From positions 3,224,001 through 3,288,000 of the forward strand of contig JAQFVV010000002.1 of the NCBI GenBank assembly GCA_028023455.1: a DNA stretch of 64,000 bases. The letters are read 5' to 3'. Below the pieces are notes generated by a model, which saw nothing but the letters and a program-made list of their open reading frames with translations, had not been told where the DNA came from and did not search any database. How positions within the stretch are numbered: position 1 is the stretch's first letter; the number at the start of each line of letters is the position of its first letter. This stretch comes from Epiperipatus broadwayi (Eukaryota; Animalia; Onychophora). The translations under genes were made by a program, and so were the position numbers. This document shows positions 1 through 14,410 of this stretch, piece by piece.

Positions 1-99
1 GAGAAAAAGTCCCCTGTCAAATGAATTATTTATCAAAATATACAATTTTATTTGTTTAGTAATCTTCCAACAGATATTTTTTCTTCCCTCTGGACTTAA

Positions 100-113
100 G
101 CGCCACCTACTGT
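100..113 (+). promoter_or_regulatory. CTCF-like motif GCGCCACCTACTGT
   Basis: 12/14 match to the GCGCCACCTAGTGG form of the CTCF consensus, in otherwise very AT-rich DNA. Motif match only. Confidence 0.2.
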
Positions 114-1479
114 GAATTTGATTATTAATATTTAAAAGATAGTAGTGCAATTTATTCTCCATCCTCAAAGTGATTTCTGGGCTTTCCTTTATCAATATGG
201 AGTTGGATAAAAAGCTGTCATCAATTCAATTATATATTTGTTAGCAATCTTTCATTTAACACTTTTTTTTATTATTCTCTTTTTAATTTTGAAGTAAAAA
301 AAACCCTAAAACATTGAACCAATAGGTCATACAGTTGTATAAATTAGACACCAGGTCAGTAACTATCCACTTTAATATCCTTAATTCAATTCTAGCTATA
401 GACATCTTTATTTTTATTGGTTTAAAATGTTGATTTAAACACAACCTAATATCATGGATAAATATCAACATTTGACTTGGATTCAAAATCTTAGGGTTTT
501 TGAATATCAAGTTATGAACATGATTGCAAAAAAAAAAGAAAAGATAAAGATAAAAATAACATCCAAATATATAATTGCATTGGTTCCAGTGTTGAATCCC
601 AAATTCTTATGAATAAAATAAAAAGCCATAAATCACTCTGGAGATTGGGGTTAAATTACAACACCATCTAGAAATTAAATAACTCAAAGAATGGATGCTC
701 TTGCTAATATAACGTTTGCTCTAGCATTTATAATGAATACCTACCTATTCAAACATAATAAAATTTACAATATTTTGTACATTATTAAAATATGAATAAA
801 ATGAAAAGAGTTCTAGAAGATACTGGAGTGAATAAAAATTAAATGTTTCATCTGAAATTTTAAATTTTAGTATTATTTGTTTCTTCAAATTTAGCAACAA
901 AATTAAAAATGGCATTTTCCATACTAAAAATAAATGAAATAAAAAATTGAAATGTGTAAATAAATGCAGTTCTTTGTTAAAATACATGTATTCCACTTGA
1001 ATAAAACTGATATTTTGATAGTTTTTCATTCTTCTTTCATCCAGTTTTTAGATTCCTTAATCCCAATATACTAATAGCTTCTATAAGGGAGACATATATA
1101 GAGACTTTCTAATTTTAATATCTGACTTCCAAGTTGAAAGATTGCCTTAAATATATTCATGGTAATATTGTTAAACTATTTTAAAAAGAAAATGTATATT
1201 TACTTTCAATGTTTAATTACATGTCTAATTATATAATGTTATGCATTTAAATTTGTTGAAAAGGATCTTAAACAATTTATATTTACTAAAATAATAATCA
1301 AGGCTTAATATTGGTGGAAATGCTTTCTTTTAATTTTGCCATTTAAAAGAGCTGCCCAGGTCATTATTTTCCATAATTTAGGTATTCTAATTGTAATAAT
1401 TTTTTACTTTAATTTTCTAATATGAATAGGTTACTGACCATGATCATACATTGTTCTTCCAAAGGATATGTCCTTTTTA

Positions 1480-2759
1480 TTAGTATTATGAGGATACATG
1501 GTATGCTCACAGAATTTCTAAAAAATTTAGAATCAAAAGTCAAAGCATCATTGGCAAAACTACTCAGTTATATTATTCATACAGAAACTATTTCAAAAAT
1601 TTGGCATTAAAGCAAAATTATAACAGACTTAAAAATAAACAACAACACTGATCCAAAAAATAATCAACCAATATCATTAAATATTACCTATAAGACATTT
1701 GAAAGAATCATATTTTAAAAAATGTTGCCAAAAATTAAGAAGCCTTTCCAAGCTGGGTTTAGGCCACTTAAGTAGCTGTTGTGAACAAATTTTATCCATA
1801 GTAACATAAAAGCTCTCAAAATACAAAAGTGAGGTTTTTTAAATCGATTTAGTCTCCACTTATGATCTCGTTCAGTAAAATGGTCTTCTAAAAGTTTTTA
1901 AATTCATAAATGAAAAAAAATCATTAATTTACTTAACAAAATGTTTTCCAATAAAAATATTCAAGTGACATGATAATCATATTAGGTAAAAAAATTTATA
2001 GAATGGACTACCTCAAAGTTCAGTTCTTTCAACTACTTTATTTAATAAATTAATAAGTAATCTTTTAAAAACATAATGCATGCAGTTTACTTATGCTGAT
2101 AACATAGATTTGATTTAATAAAAGAGATCCTTTCCTGAAATAAAAAAATTCATTCAATAAAGTTATAAAAAATTGGAAGTCTTTTTCAAAGACTGGAGTT
2201 TTATTCCCAATCCAACAAAAATAGGCTTTCTAACTTCTCATCTAAGCATAACCATAACAACTAGTAATCTGAATATAATTTTTTTGCAATAATAAACTGA
2301 AATACAGTCCTACACCATGCTATTTAGAGTTATCTTGGACCATAGTATAACTTATTTTCTTCATTCATCCAAGATTAGATAAAAAATAATTTCTAGGAAC
2401 AATTCCTTGAAAAGATGACTGACACTAATTGGGTTTGTGATGTAAATATTTTACATGAAAGATCTTTAATAACAATTTTTCTATAGCCGAATATTATGAT
2501 TCTATTTGAAGAAAAAAACTCTCACATTAAACTTCTGGATAATCAATTAAATATTACTATAAGAAATATTATTGACTTATACAAGTCTACTTCTTTGCAA
2601 TGGTTTTCTGTTCTTATTCCTCTACTAAATAACAGAAGTTTCTTCAGAAAATTTATAAAAATCTAATAAGCAGATTAGACTTACCAATAACTTAAGATAC
2701 AGTTTCACTACCTAAGACTTAAATCAAGATTTCTTTCTGTGTTAAATTAAGAATCTAGA
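1480..2759 (+). mobile_element. Decayed non-LTR retrotransposon RT region (Vingi/Ingi-like), 5' part
   Basis: Broken frames give EFLKNL..LAKL..IW, a QAGFRP-like stretch (~1750), GLPQ.SVLS (~2005), TYAD (~2090), ILD.S.T (~2330), TNW.CD (~2425) and RLKSR just before 2759. Many stops and frameshifts. Clade assignment is from recalled motif style. Confidence 0.75.
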
Positions 2760-5700
2760 CAGGGGTGGCCTTCTCTATAAAGGGCCTGGGTGTGAGAATC
2801 TTTTTGGGGACCTAAAATATTTTTTTTCAAAGATAAAAATAATATTTAAAAAAAAGAATATATATTGCACTATATGTATGTATATTTGACCATGTCATTT
2901 ATCATACTAGAAAAATTACAACTTTTAGAAATTCTCTTATCAATACTTAATATAGCAAATGCAGTTAAGCTTTCTTCACACATAGTTGATTGAAGATAAT
3001 TCTTTATTGATTTTAATTTGCTAGCAGAATAATCTGCACTTGCTATAAAGAAATTTTTTACTGCAGTTAACAGACTTAGAAAAAGTTCATTATGATTATT
3101 ATTTAATATATATATTGCAATATATCTTGGGCATAATTTACATTTTTTTCATTTAAGATCAGTTCATGTAATAAAACAATTTCCTGAATTAAATCTTGAT
3201 TTAGATCCTTGTTATAGATTTTTTAAAAATTTCTTGAGCAATTTTTTAGTTCATTTTTTTCTAGTGTTTTTATATTGGTGATTAATTTGAAATTAGAATA
3301 ATATTACATATATTTGTGAATCTCTCTTCCATTTGCTCAATAACCGAATCAATCACAAGTTACATATAAATTCCTCTACTGGCTCTTGTAATATTTCATT
3401 TTCTATTAGTTAAAATGTTTTTCTTTTTGTAATTCATGTCTAGGAAATCAAGTTCAATGCTATTATTTTTGTTTCATCTAAATATGTGTTAAATTTTAAT
3501 CTAAAATTTTGGATTTTATTTTTAATTTTATTTACTAAATTAAAAGCCGAGTCAAAAATAATTGTTTGTTTTGTTGATACTATTAATTTTTGACAATGTT
3601 GTAAAACATACTGAGAAACTTAAAAATAAATGACATTTTTTGTAATGAATATAGTACATTTTGTCAGAGACTACTGCTTTTATTTTTATTTGAATCGACA
3701 AGTTTTTCCAAAGGGTAACAAGTTTGTTTCAATTGTGTATACACTGTGTTAACTGAATCTATTTTGGCTTCATAATGAGAATCACATGATGGTTTAAGCA
3801 TAATATTTAAATGCTTTTGTATAATTTTCTACCTTTTTTGTAAATGCAGAAAATAAACGGTATAAATAGTGCAATATTCCAATTTTTTTTTAACTAGTAT
3901 ACTCTGCTGGAACTAGAAGGGAGCACCACAAATTAGAAGAATATGATAAACAAAGCACATAAATTGTATAATCTTAAATTATTTATTCAGGATTGTACAT
4001 TTCTATATTTTCCCTTCATATTGCTACTGTTATTGTATGCTTGTTCCTATAATCCATAAAATCTAAATCAAGCCCACCTATTTTTTTTAAAATCATATTT
4101 GCTAGTTTTTCACCAGTAATATCAATTACTTCAATAAATCCTATAAATAATTCATTAATGATTAATTTTTTGTCTACAAATTTACATATTAATAATTATT
4201 GACATTTCTTCCAGGTGAGAAACATCAGGAGTACAATCCATTTGGATACTGTAATATGTGGCTGCTTTTATATTATCTTTAAATAAGTACTTCATTACTT
4301 AAAGCAGCAACAAATTCTTCTTGTGGTCTCCAAATCGCGCATGATTCTTTTCCCCAGATTTTAATTCTATTTATATGATCCATTAGCACAAGATCATATT
4401 TATTATTATATTTACTTAACAATTTGATTAAACTTAAAAAAAACCTTCCACTTTTTGGCACTCTTACTATTTCAGGCAATCCTTGAAATGGCAAATTATT
4501 ATTTGAAAAAAATAAAATCACATCTACAATTCTTTGGAATAGTAATTTAAGATGTTAATTTGATTTGTTTTATCAATAGTGGAACATAAATTAAGCTGTT
4601 TTATTAATTCTTGCCAAGCAATAAAAGAATTAAAGTAACACACAGAAAGCTTAGGATCTCAAATTACAGATAACAATTTTCTCTATTCATTAAAAAAGGT
4701 GTAGATTGATCTTTTTCTTTTCTTTTGGAAAATAATACACAACAAACTCAATATAATGAGTTTTGAGTAAACTAATTAGCTGCAAAGCTGGGTTTGACCA
4801 TTTGGCATTGTTTTAATATAGTAAAAAGTATAAAATGATCTACTATCAGCATTCTTAAAGAAAAAATCTTGATTATTGATTTTAAGCCTGGTTTTGACAC
4901 ATAATAATCTAAATGTATAAATTATAACACTTGACCACAAACCTGGATCACTTATATTTATTTGATAACCATAGTTATTGTCATTATCATTATTTTGATT
5001 TTCACATTGTACATTGTTACTTGCTGTTTCCAATACTTTTGTATAAACACATGCTTCTTTTTCCGGCAACTCAATAAGTTTTCCACAGATTCTACATTTT
5101 GGTTGCAAACTGTTATATCTTGCATGCATTTTTTTTGCTCTAATTGAAACTTAAATCAGAACTGCCAAAATTGAAGCAATTTCATTGTCAGATTTATTTT
5201 GTAGCCATGAAAGCAGTTCTATTTGGGACTTTTTGAGTTTATGCTCTTCTTTTTCTTTTTCTGCTAATTTTCTTTTTGTCACCCAAAAAGAATCTTTTTT
5301 GATGTAGTTATTGTGAGCTCTAATAATATTAAAAAAGTTTATCCCACTCAATTACCAAAGTAAAATACATACTTTTTAATATTATACTAATAATACACTG
5401 TTGGGAGTTTTAGAGATTGATACGGATTGTAAAGATATGCATTCAAATTCAAATAGGCTTTTAGTTTGGTTACTAAAACAAATAAAATAACATAGTGATG
5501 TCTAAAGTATTAATAATTGCTAATTCATATAAATATTAACATAAAATGATTTTTCACATTATCCTGTGATTGTGCTTCACTGCTCTTGCAGTCATAGGCA
5601 TGTCCCATTATATACCACATCTTATTTGTCTTATAGTTTATTAATCATTGTGTGCATGCAATTAATGCTATTGCACATAAATTCTATGAACATTTTTTTT

Positions 5701-6054
5701 GTGCCTGTAACATGACACCTGCTGCTAATATGCAGAATAAATTTGCATTTTCACAGAGGAATTTTTGGAATTGTAATTGCAAACATATAGAAGTATTATG
5801 TTTTGTTATTGTTTATTAAGTACTATATGAGATGTTACCCATTTCATACTGTATGTTGTGTATTATTTGTATGTAGGAGAAAATTGTTGAAACTCAGCAA
5901 AAATTTTAAATAAAGTTAGTTTGCTAATGTATATTAATGGTTTTTTGCTACTTTAAACCTTTTGAAAATATATTTTTAAATTTTGTTATGGTTGGTCCTG
6001 TAAGCATGACCTAGATGCATTGCACCCATCGCAACCCCTTCCCCATCAGCCCTG
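2760..6054 (-). mobile_element. hAT-superfamily DNA transposon remnant (ZMYM1-like transposase pseudogene)
   Basis: Minus-strand fragments in the expected order: N-terminal KRKLAEKE (5151-5351), DPGLW (4776-5129), LPFQG..FLSLIKLLSKY (4279-4521), and the hAT dimerisation motif SKLKSIKNYLQSTM..AILSI (~2945-3085). Termini CAGGG (2760) and CCCTG (6050-6054). 8-bp TSD candidate aatctaga/catctata (6/8). Confidence 0.85.
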
Positions 6055-6062
6055 CATCTATA

Positions 6063-6390
6063 ATTAAAGAATTATAGCTTTTAAAATGGAATTCTTATGA
6101 CATTTCATACAATTTTTTTCTCTAGATCATAGTGTAAATCCAGCTAGATTTGATCTTTCTAAACATTATTGAAGTAGCCATGATTATTGTAATCATCTGC
6201 TTTATAAATGGAATTTTATTAAGCTACTTACATGTGGACAAACACAAATCATGAAATATATAGTTAATGATTGTTGAATTTATAGCTAAAATGGTAAAAT
6301 TTAAGGATTTAATAAATGTCACTAATGAATCTATCTCATAGTTGAAACTTCTACATATTCCTTTATATTTTATTAATAAACTAATTTTAA
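6063..6390 (+). mobile_element. 3' continuation of the Vingi/Ingi-like LINE interrupted by the hAT element
   Basis: Reads NPARFDLSK..YCNHLLYKW..TCGQTQIMKYIVNDC, matching the C-terminal PGFDL..W..C.CG..QTM.HIV.EC pattern. Resumes right after the hAT TSD. Confidence 0.75.
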
Positions 6391-9300
6391 AAAATCCATA
6401 TACAAAATAAATATTAAATTAAGACATGGATATATTAGAAATGCTATTCTGCATATTAATAAGATCAGGGGATTCATTTTACTGGAGGAAAAGCTATCTT
6501 TAAATATGAATTCATCAGGACTTTGGTCAAACATCTCAAAATAAAAAACAATACATATATATTAAAAATTAAAACGCTCAAAATTATTTTAAATGCCCCC
6601 CCCCCAGTGTAATATTTGTGTCTCCCCCCCATTTGTGCACATAATTCTTCATAAATGTTTGTTAAAATATATCTGGCATGTATTTTGAATAAAATCATTC
6701 CCAATATCTCTATAACAAATAATTACTTTGTAGGGAGGGGTCCCTCAGTATAAACAAAAAATGATTATTTTTTAAAAACAAAATATTACATTAACACATT
6801 TCAATAATTTTATACTATTATGATACCTATGAATTTTATCAATGCCCACATTTCACTTAATAAGAAAAGAAAATGTATCTGTATTTTAAACTCAGCATTT
6901 TTTCTATAAATTATTTAAATTCCCTTACATATTTTATGTTAAAGAACTAGTATTTCTTGTCACATTGTGGTTTTATTTCTCTATACATCTTCTACAAAAT
7001 GTTAATCAAAATCCATATTCTTTAGGTCCTAGTAAAGAATAAATTTCAAGAGTGAAATTACTTCAAAAATTTCGATAAAAATTGCATTTTTTAGATATTT
7101 CAAAGAAATATAAATATAATTTCCTTGTACAAATACAAGTTACCCACATAAATAAAAGAAGAATATGATAAAAAAATAGAAAACCAAGAAATAAAAAAAT
7201 AAAAATAAAACAATACTTAGAGAAATACATGACATAGTGTTTGTAAGATAAGATTGCAGTAATCAAATATATAAAAGATTAAAAAATAATATCCTTTATA
7301 ATAAGTGATAACAAAATATCAATTCATTATATTTTGTCAATATTCATTGAAATCAGATATTTATTTAAAATAATGATAAAAACAAATAACAAAGTAAGTA
7401 AATATAATATATTTCAAATATTATGCATTCTCTTTGTTTATATAATGCTTTTTTTTTTTGATAAATTTGAAGCAGATATATAAATAATCACCACTGGAAG
7501 GAATATATATATATTCAGAATTTGAAGAAGTCATCTAGAAGACTATCTTTCATGTTATATTTAAACAATACAATAAAAAAATGCAGTTATCATGTATCTC
7601 CAAAAACTGAATATTCCTAGGTTTTATTAACACCTTAATTGGCAGTTGGATGTGTAGCCTTATGTGCAGCTTATTGGTTACTGGATACCTAACTAGTGAA
7701 GTCAAGTAGATAGTTGGGCATAACAGCATATTTGAGTAAAATCCCAAGTTATCAATCACACTGGATACCTTTACATAAATTAGATGGTAAGCTTATTTTA
7801 CATCTCCAATTTTGGAGTATGGTAACAGAGTTGATATGACAAAACTGGAACAATGCTGACCAGGACAAAACTGAATATCAATGACTGTTGAGACCATCTC
7901 TGGTTATGCTGTTATCTGTAAGTATTGCACTGTTTTTCTACAACCTATTCTTTTAAGGAAACTGAAATTACATTAGGTATTCATCCGATATATATTATGA
8001 GCATGCTAATGATAAAATAGCATTAAAAAATTATATAATCCATATTTCTATTTTTTTGAGTGATAACCCAGCCAAAAATTTTTAACTTGGATAAAGCATG
8101 GCAAATATTCAGTCTTCCAATATTTTTTTTAATTTTTATTGAGAGCAACTCAAAAGGATGAATATATAAGTAAAAAATTAGTAATTGATAATAAAAATGG
8201 AAAAAATAAAAAGAATGAATATTAAATAAAGAAGAAAGTTGCATAAAAATTGGAATTATAATAAGTATACAGATGAACATTAAGAAAATGATGAAAAAGA
8301 TCAGATAGGATATTTAAACTTTAAAACCAGGAGGTATTAGTAAGCAAGTTCAGAAGAACAATATATTTTCTAGCATATACATAAATGTCAAAAATCAAAA
8401 ACTGAATGATGATGAAAAAAAGTTGAAGACCAAAAAAAAAACCAAAAGAATTTTTGATTAGTCAAACCATCTAATCTAGATGTTAAAACAATATTCAATT
8501 GAAGATTGAAATTGAGACTTTTAATAACTTTAAAAAAAAAAAAATCTGGAAAACCATTTTGACAATAGAGGAGATATAATCATACTAAGAGAGATTTATG
8601 GAAAAAAAAAAAGTAATACAAATACTTTAAATGATTTTGGAGTACAAACAGAATCAAAAATTAGATTTGATGTTTCTTTGTTTTTTTTAAAGCCATAGTG
8701 AAAATACAATAATGGTGCTTAAAAGAAAGTTTGACTGTATTACAGAAAAATTATGAATAGCTTTGGCAATAACAGTAAGATGAGCATTTATATAAATGAT
8801 AGAAAAAAAAGAGCCTTGACTCAGATCAATAATTACAGAATAGGTATTGGATAATCTAACCACTCTAATGCAAAGAAAATAGTTAAAAAACTAAAATACT
8901 CATTTTGTAATTTTGATGAGTAACCTATATGCTAAAATATAACTTATAACAAACTAAATAAAAAAATCTCAGAAATATTTAAAACAACTACTGATGTCCA
9001 AATTTCTGGAAGAGTTCAACAAATGATAACAAAGATTACCGTGAACATAATTTTTTGAAAGGTTTCATAAATAAAAATAGTTCAGTTTTTTTAAAAGATC
9101 ATACTGTTCTTCTATCTGAATTGACTTTTGGAGATAAAAAAAAAAAGATGAAGACCCATTTTTTTATATAGCTGTGAAAAAATGATAATAACAAGAATAC
9201 TAGATAAAAGAAAGCAACTTAATGTTCTTTTTTAAAAATAGTTTGTATAAATATATAAGAATTCTCAAAACAATTAAGGAAAAATCTATTTGATATGAAA

Positions 9301-12300
9301 ACTTAAAAAAATTGATTAAGCCTTGAAGTATATTTGAATCACATATTTAAAAGCAATATCTAGAATGTTGTCTGACTAAAGATAATTTAGGGTGAAATTC
9401 AAACTAGAAATCCACATACTTTTTCAGCTAACTGAATCTCTAAATCTCTCATCCATCAAGCATAGACAATAACATATCAGATGATGTCTGCGAGTATAAC
9501 TTTGAATATTCCATAATGCTATTGAATTCAGATTAATCAAATGTGCAACATTCTTAAAAAATTTATGAAAAGACATTTTCTAAATCATGACGATCACACA
9601 ACATAATGACTATGATAACTGTGCTTGTCCCATCATTGACATAATATATTATTTTTGATATCAAATAATATATTATTTCTATTCAGTTATACGTGTTCAT
9701 TTTATTTACTTGCATTATTCTTTCTGAATGAACAATTTCTATATCACACAGTTTATTTTATTTTTATATTCACTATGAAAATAGATTAATAACATTTAGG
9801 TAAATTAAAAATATAGTAGAATAATAATATTAATTAATGCAATTATTAAATATTATTATTAATTTATTTATTTCACAATGATTTCAAATAATGTTAATTA
9901 TTATTAACTGATTATTAATTCATATTTAATATTATCATTGACTATACTAATTGTATTTTATATCAGTAATAATTAATTACTAATTTATAAATAAAAATAT
10001 ATAATGTTGTAGTATGCATGAGAACATAAATTCTCAAAACATAATTTGCACCTATTTTTATATATACAGTAGCTAACAAAATGTGCTAATAAACACCCTT
10101 ATATATAAATGTAATACAGTAAAAGGATCTCAAATATCAAAAAAGTCTCAAATATTCAAAAAAATACCACATGCTTCTCTTATATATCCAAAATGTCCTA
10201 TGCAGTTTTTTAAAAAAATATCCTATCATGCTTTCAGTAATCCATAAAATGTCATGCAGATCTTGAACATTGAAAAAATATCATTTGTAGTTCTAGTGAG
10301 AAAATTTTGCAAAGAGAATACATTTTCTAGTCTTAAAAAAAAACAGTAGGCAATCCGGTTGGAAATTGATCGTTATATATATGTTTATTATATCGATATC
10401 TTATTCACATATTTTTTCAAATATAGCCATTGTAATAAAATACAGTATCTTTTCTTCCACTACGATTCAGTCATCTCTCAAGCAATGACAATAAACTTTT
10501 TTTTTTTTTAAAAAAAAATCAATTCTTAGCATTTATTAAAAAATAAGGTAATTGTGTATTTACCAATAAAATAATTTCAGTTAACAGAAAGAAAAAAATT
10601 AACTAATAAAGTGGAAATATTATTATAAAATTGTCTTTCTTTAAAATAATAAAAACAACAACACTGGAAATATTAAATACCATCGCTGGTTTATATGCAC
10701 CTGAAACAGTATAATTTAACAGAAAATAACTTTCTTTCGTCCTAAACCAGTAAATTCACAAACGTATTCATTTATGATATATTGTATATATTGATTGGTT
10801 GGTTCATTTACTTCTATTATTTTTAATTAAAATTTATTTTCAAAGTAAATTTTCTTATTTTATATTCTTCTTTACACAAGTGTGTGTGTATAAAAGTAGA
10901 TAATTCATTCATAAATATTAATTATTCATATATAGTATATTTAATCGTAATTGTAAATAAATACCAAGTGATATAAACATTTTTTTTCTACCACTGCGAT
11001 ACACTAGCTAATACTTTCTGCTCTCTGGCGAACTTTTAACAAAGTAAAATGTAAAAAGTTGTAGTCATTTGCTTATTTAAATAAGAAAAATCATTTTCAA
11101 TTTTTATCGTAAATAAGAAAAGTCATTTTTTTCTTAAAACAATTATTCTAATATATACACAGATAATATATATATATATAACTCACATAAATCCTCAAAA
11201 TATTTATAGTTCTCGTAACTTTGAGATTTCTAACACTTCTTTCGATTATCTAAAAAATTTTAATACAGTTTTAATTTTATCGTTTAACACGTCATTATTT
11301 TTAAACGTTTAAATATTTTCAACAGTCTAATGGCTTTATTATTATTATTTGTATACTTTTGGATATACAATTTCATTGAATTTCAAAAATAATAAATGTG
11401 AAAAATATGTCACAATATTCTTATAATTTATAGAGATAATTCAGAATTTAATAATATCATTAAATAAAACATGAAGAAATAATTAATGTGACATGCAAAT
11501 CGTGTAGAATGTCTTTTTAAGAATATGATGTAGGCACAGAGTAATCAACCAGAATGATTGATTACTGGACTAGTTAGAAATGTTTAACAAGTAATGTTAT
11601 TTCCTTCGTGTTAAATATGTAGCATCCCAAAAGTTTTAGTATAGTTTAAAAGTAAAATAACTTCAGTAGTATAAATGCTACAATCATAATATGCAATTGT
11701 AATTTTAATTATCTAACTTTTAAAATGGCGAGTTATAATCTCTCTTCTGTTTTAAATTGTTTGCATAGTGACTCCTGGATTTAGAATAGAGGCAATTTTT
11801 TTTAATTAATTCTTTCAGTTGTTAAGTAGTTTTTTGTGTTTAAAGCCTATTTTTATACTGAAAAGCATGCTTTACTTTTGCAGTTTTTTTTTTAAATTTT
11901 ATTCAAGTTTAGTTAAACCAGAAAAATTATATTTGACATTATTGAAGGACTTTCAATATCTAAGGTTTCATTCCTATCTAAATAATTATAGCAAATTTTT
12001 TAAACTGATACCCATTCTCAAAATAATAACCATTCAGGCCAAAAATTGATGACTTTTTTATCCATCACTAATTAAAAAAGACAAATGAATTTTTAAACAT
12101 TAGTTATTAATAAATTATTTTTTTGTAAATTGCATTACAAATATTGAGAATATTCTATAAATCGCATTTTGAATTAGATAAATAATATGATTATGTGAGG
12201 ACTGTTAATCTAAAAGTTAATATGAAAATAATGCTTTAGTCAGTTCAAATTAATAAACATACTGGCAGCATATATTGCATTCAATTTCCTAAAGCTGCAC

Positions 12301-13750
12301 CCTTAACTATTTACAAACACTATTGACATAAAGATTGAAAACAAATTTAGAGCTATATGTTATACCTTTTACATAAGTTTTTATCTTAAATGCCTTAAGT
12401 TTGCTATCAGAAATAATCATAAAACTTTTTTTTAAGCAAAAGCAATATTTAAATTTGCACATCTGCTCATAATCCTTTTTTTTTTTTTTTGCATTTGACT
12501 AATAACAAAATATATATCTGTAATGTTTTATGATCATTTAAAGTCACTCTGAATCTCTGATAATCAGTTAACTACAATTGAAAACAGTCTTTTTTTTTTC
12601 CTGCAGTAGACAGTAATTATTTTTTGTAGTAACTATTGTGATTTATTCTATCAACTTATTTTTATAAAAAGTAGCAATAAAATCAGTTCTGTTATCAGGT
12701 ATTTAAATATTATCAGGGATTTAAATATTTCTGAGCAATTTTACTAGTTTTGAAGCTCACATATCACAAACACATTTTATACCTGTTCTAGAATTCCAGC
12801 TTTTTCATTTTTGAGATTACAAAAAAAAAAAAAGGTGTTTTCAACTTTAAGTTGAATTCAAATCTAATTAAGTTAATAATGTGGAAATACTGTCTGTCAC
12901 TCATATCTGCAGATTCATTAATAAAAAAAATATTAAATAAAAAATGAAACTTTAGTTCTCTAAATTTTTTAACTTTTATTTAATGATTTATATACAACAG
13001 ACATAGGTATATGTGTGTGTTTAATATACATATTCAACATGATTGTACATTGAAACTGTGTTATACACTTTATTATTATACATAGCTTCAGTTATGCACT
13101 ATCCAAAAAAAACAACAACTTGTAAATGAATAAAAAATTAAAATGCTAAAATTCATAAACTTGATAAATTTTATGAATATGTATTTTTTAAGATATAGCA
13201 GGGTGTTTTTTTCATTTTAAGCTTCCTTCCTAAATCCAATATTCTCATGTTACAATTTAGATTTATGCAGTCTTATTTATTAATTATGTTTTTTTGAATT
13301 GAGTTATGTCAAAAGCACATGCATATTTTCTTCCAAAAGTTTATATGGCATGTTATTTCATTTAATAAATATTTTTATACAGCACAGTATTTATTGTAAT
13401 ATCTTCAGAAACAAATCAATCTCCACATATGTGCTGCTGTAACAAATTGATATGCATTCATCCATAAACAAAGATTTAACCCCTTCTCAGGTATTTACAA
13501 TTAGTGCACATTGCTATTTTAATAGCCCATAATGTTATTTATGATTTTTGGATATAGCATGCACCATCTCATGACCAATTTTGGTCGCAAATTTCTTCAT
13601 TTTAGTCTTATTTTATAGGAAATTCGAAAAATTTAAAATTTTAGTTCTAAAAATGTCCACATGGTGTTATATTTTGAAAAAAAAATCAATTTTCTTTGCT
13701 GTCTATTGGTGGGTATGCCAGTCTCTTTTCTCTGATTGGTGCTGTAGGCG

Positions 13751-14410
13751 TTTCTAAATGACAAAGTCAGAAATGAAACCAAAATGTTCTATGCATTTGT
13801 AATTGATTTTAAAGTAAATAATTATATCTATCGTAATTTTTTACATTCATAAATAAGATTTTACATTACTTTATCAAAATATAAAGTTTGATTCGTAAAA
13901 TTTTAAATATTACAAGAAAAATAACCTTGGGGAAATGATCGCTAATCAAAACAAGTGGTCAACTATAATTTGCATATTAGGTATTTCTAAATGACAAAGT
14001 CAGAAATGAAAATAAAGTGTGGTACACTTTTATATTTTTAAGTAAATAATTATATCTATCGTAAATTTTTACATTCATAAATAAGATTTTACATTACTTT
14101 ATCAAAATATAAAGTTTGATTCAAAAATTTTTAAATATTACAAAAAAATAAGCTTGGGAAAATGATCACTAATCAAGACAAGTGTGCTACTGACCGTAAT
14201 TTGTATATTAGGCATTTTTAAATGACAAAGTCAGAAATGAAAATAAAGTGTGATATGCTTTCAGATTTTGAAGTAAATAATTATATCTATCATAATTTTT
14301 TTACATTCATAAATAATATTTTATATTACTTTATCGAAATATAAAATTTGATTTGAAAAAATTCAAATATTACAAGAAAAATAAGCTTGGGGAAATGATC
14401 ACTCTTCAAG
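13751..14410. repeat. Tandem repeat, 3 copies of ~232 bp
   Basis: ttt(c/t)taaatgacaaagtcagaaatgaaa recurs at 13751, 13984 and 14215, and the downstream blocks are colinear (tttacattcataaataagatttt, gggaaatgatc). Confidence 0.9.

Noticed and set aside
7500-9620. Possible highly decayed LINE (purine-rich plus strand, NNYR-like at ~8830)
   Set aside because: No unambiguous RT or endonuclease motif recoverable by eye.
11540-11566. 9-bp hairpin agtaatcaa/ttgattact sharing a 12-mer with the PLE tip family
   Set aside because: Too short to distinguish from chance in AT-rich DNA.
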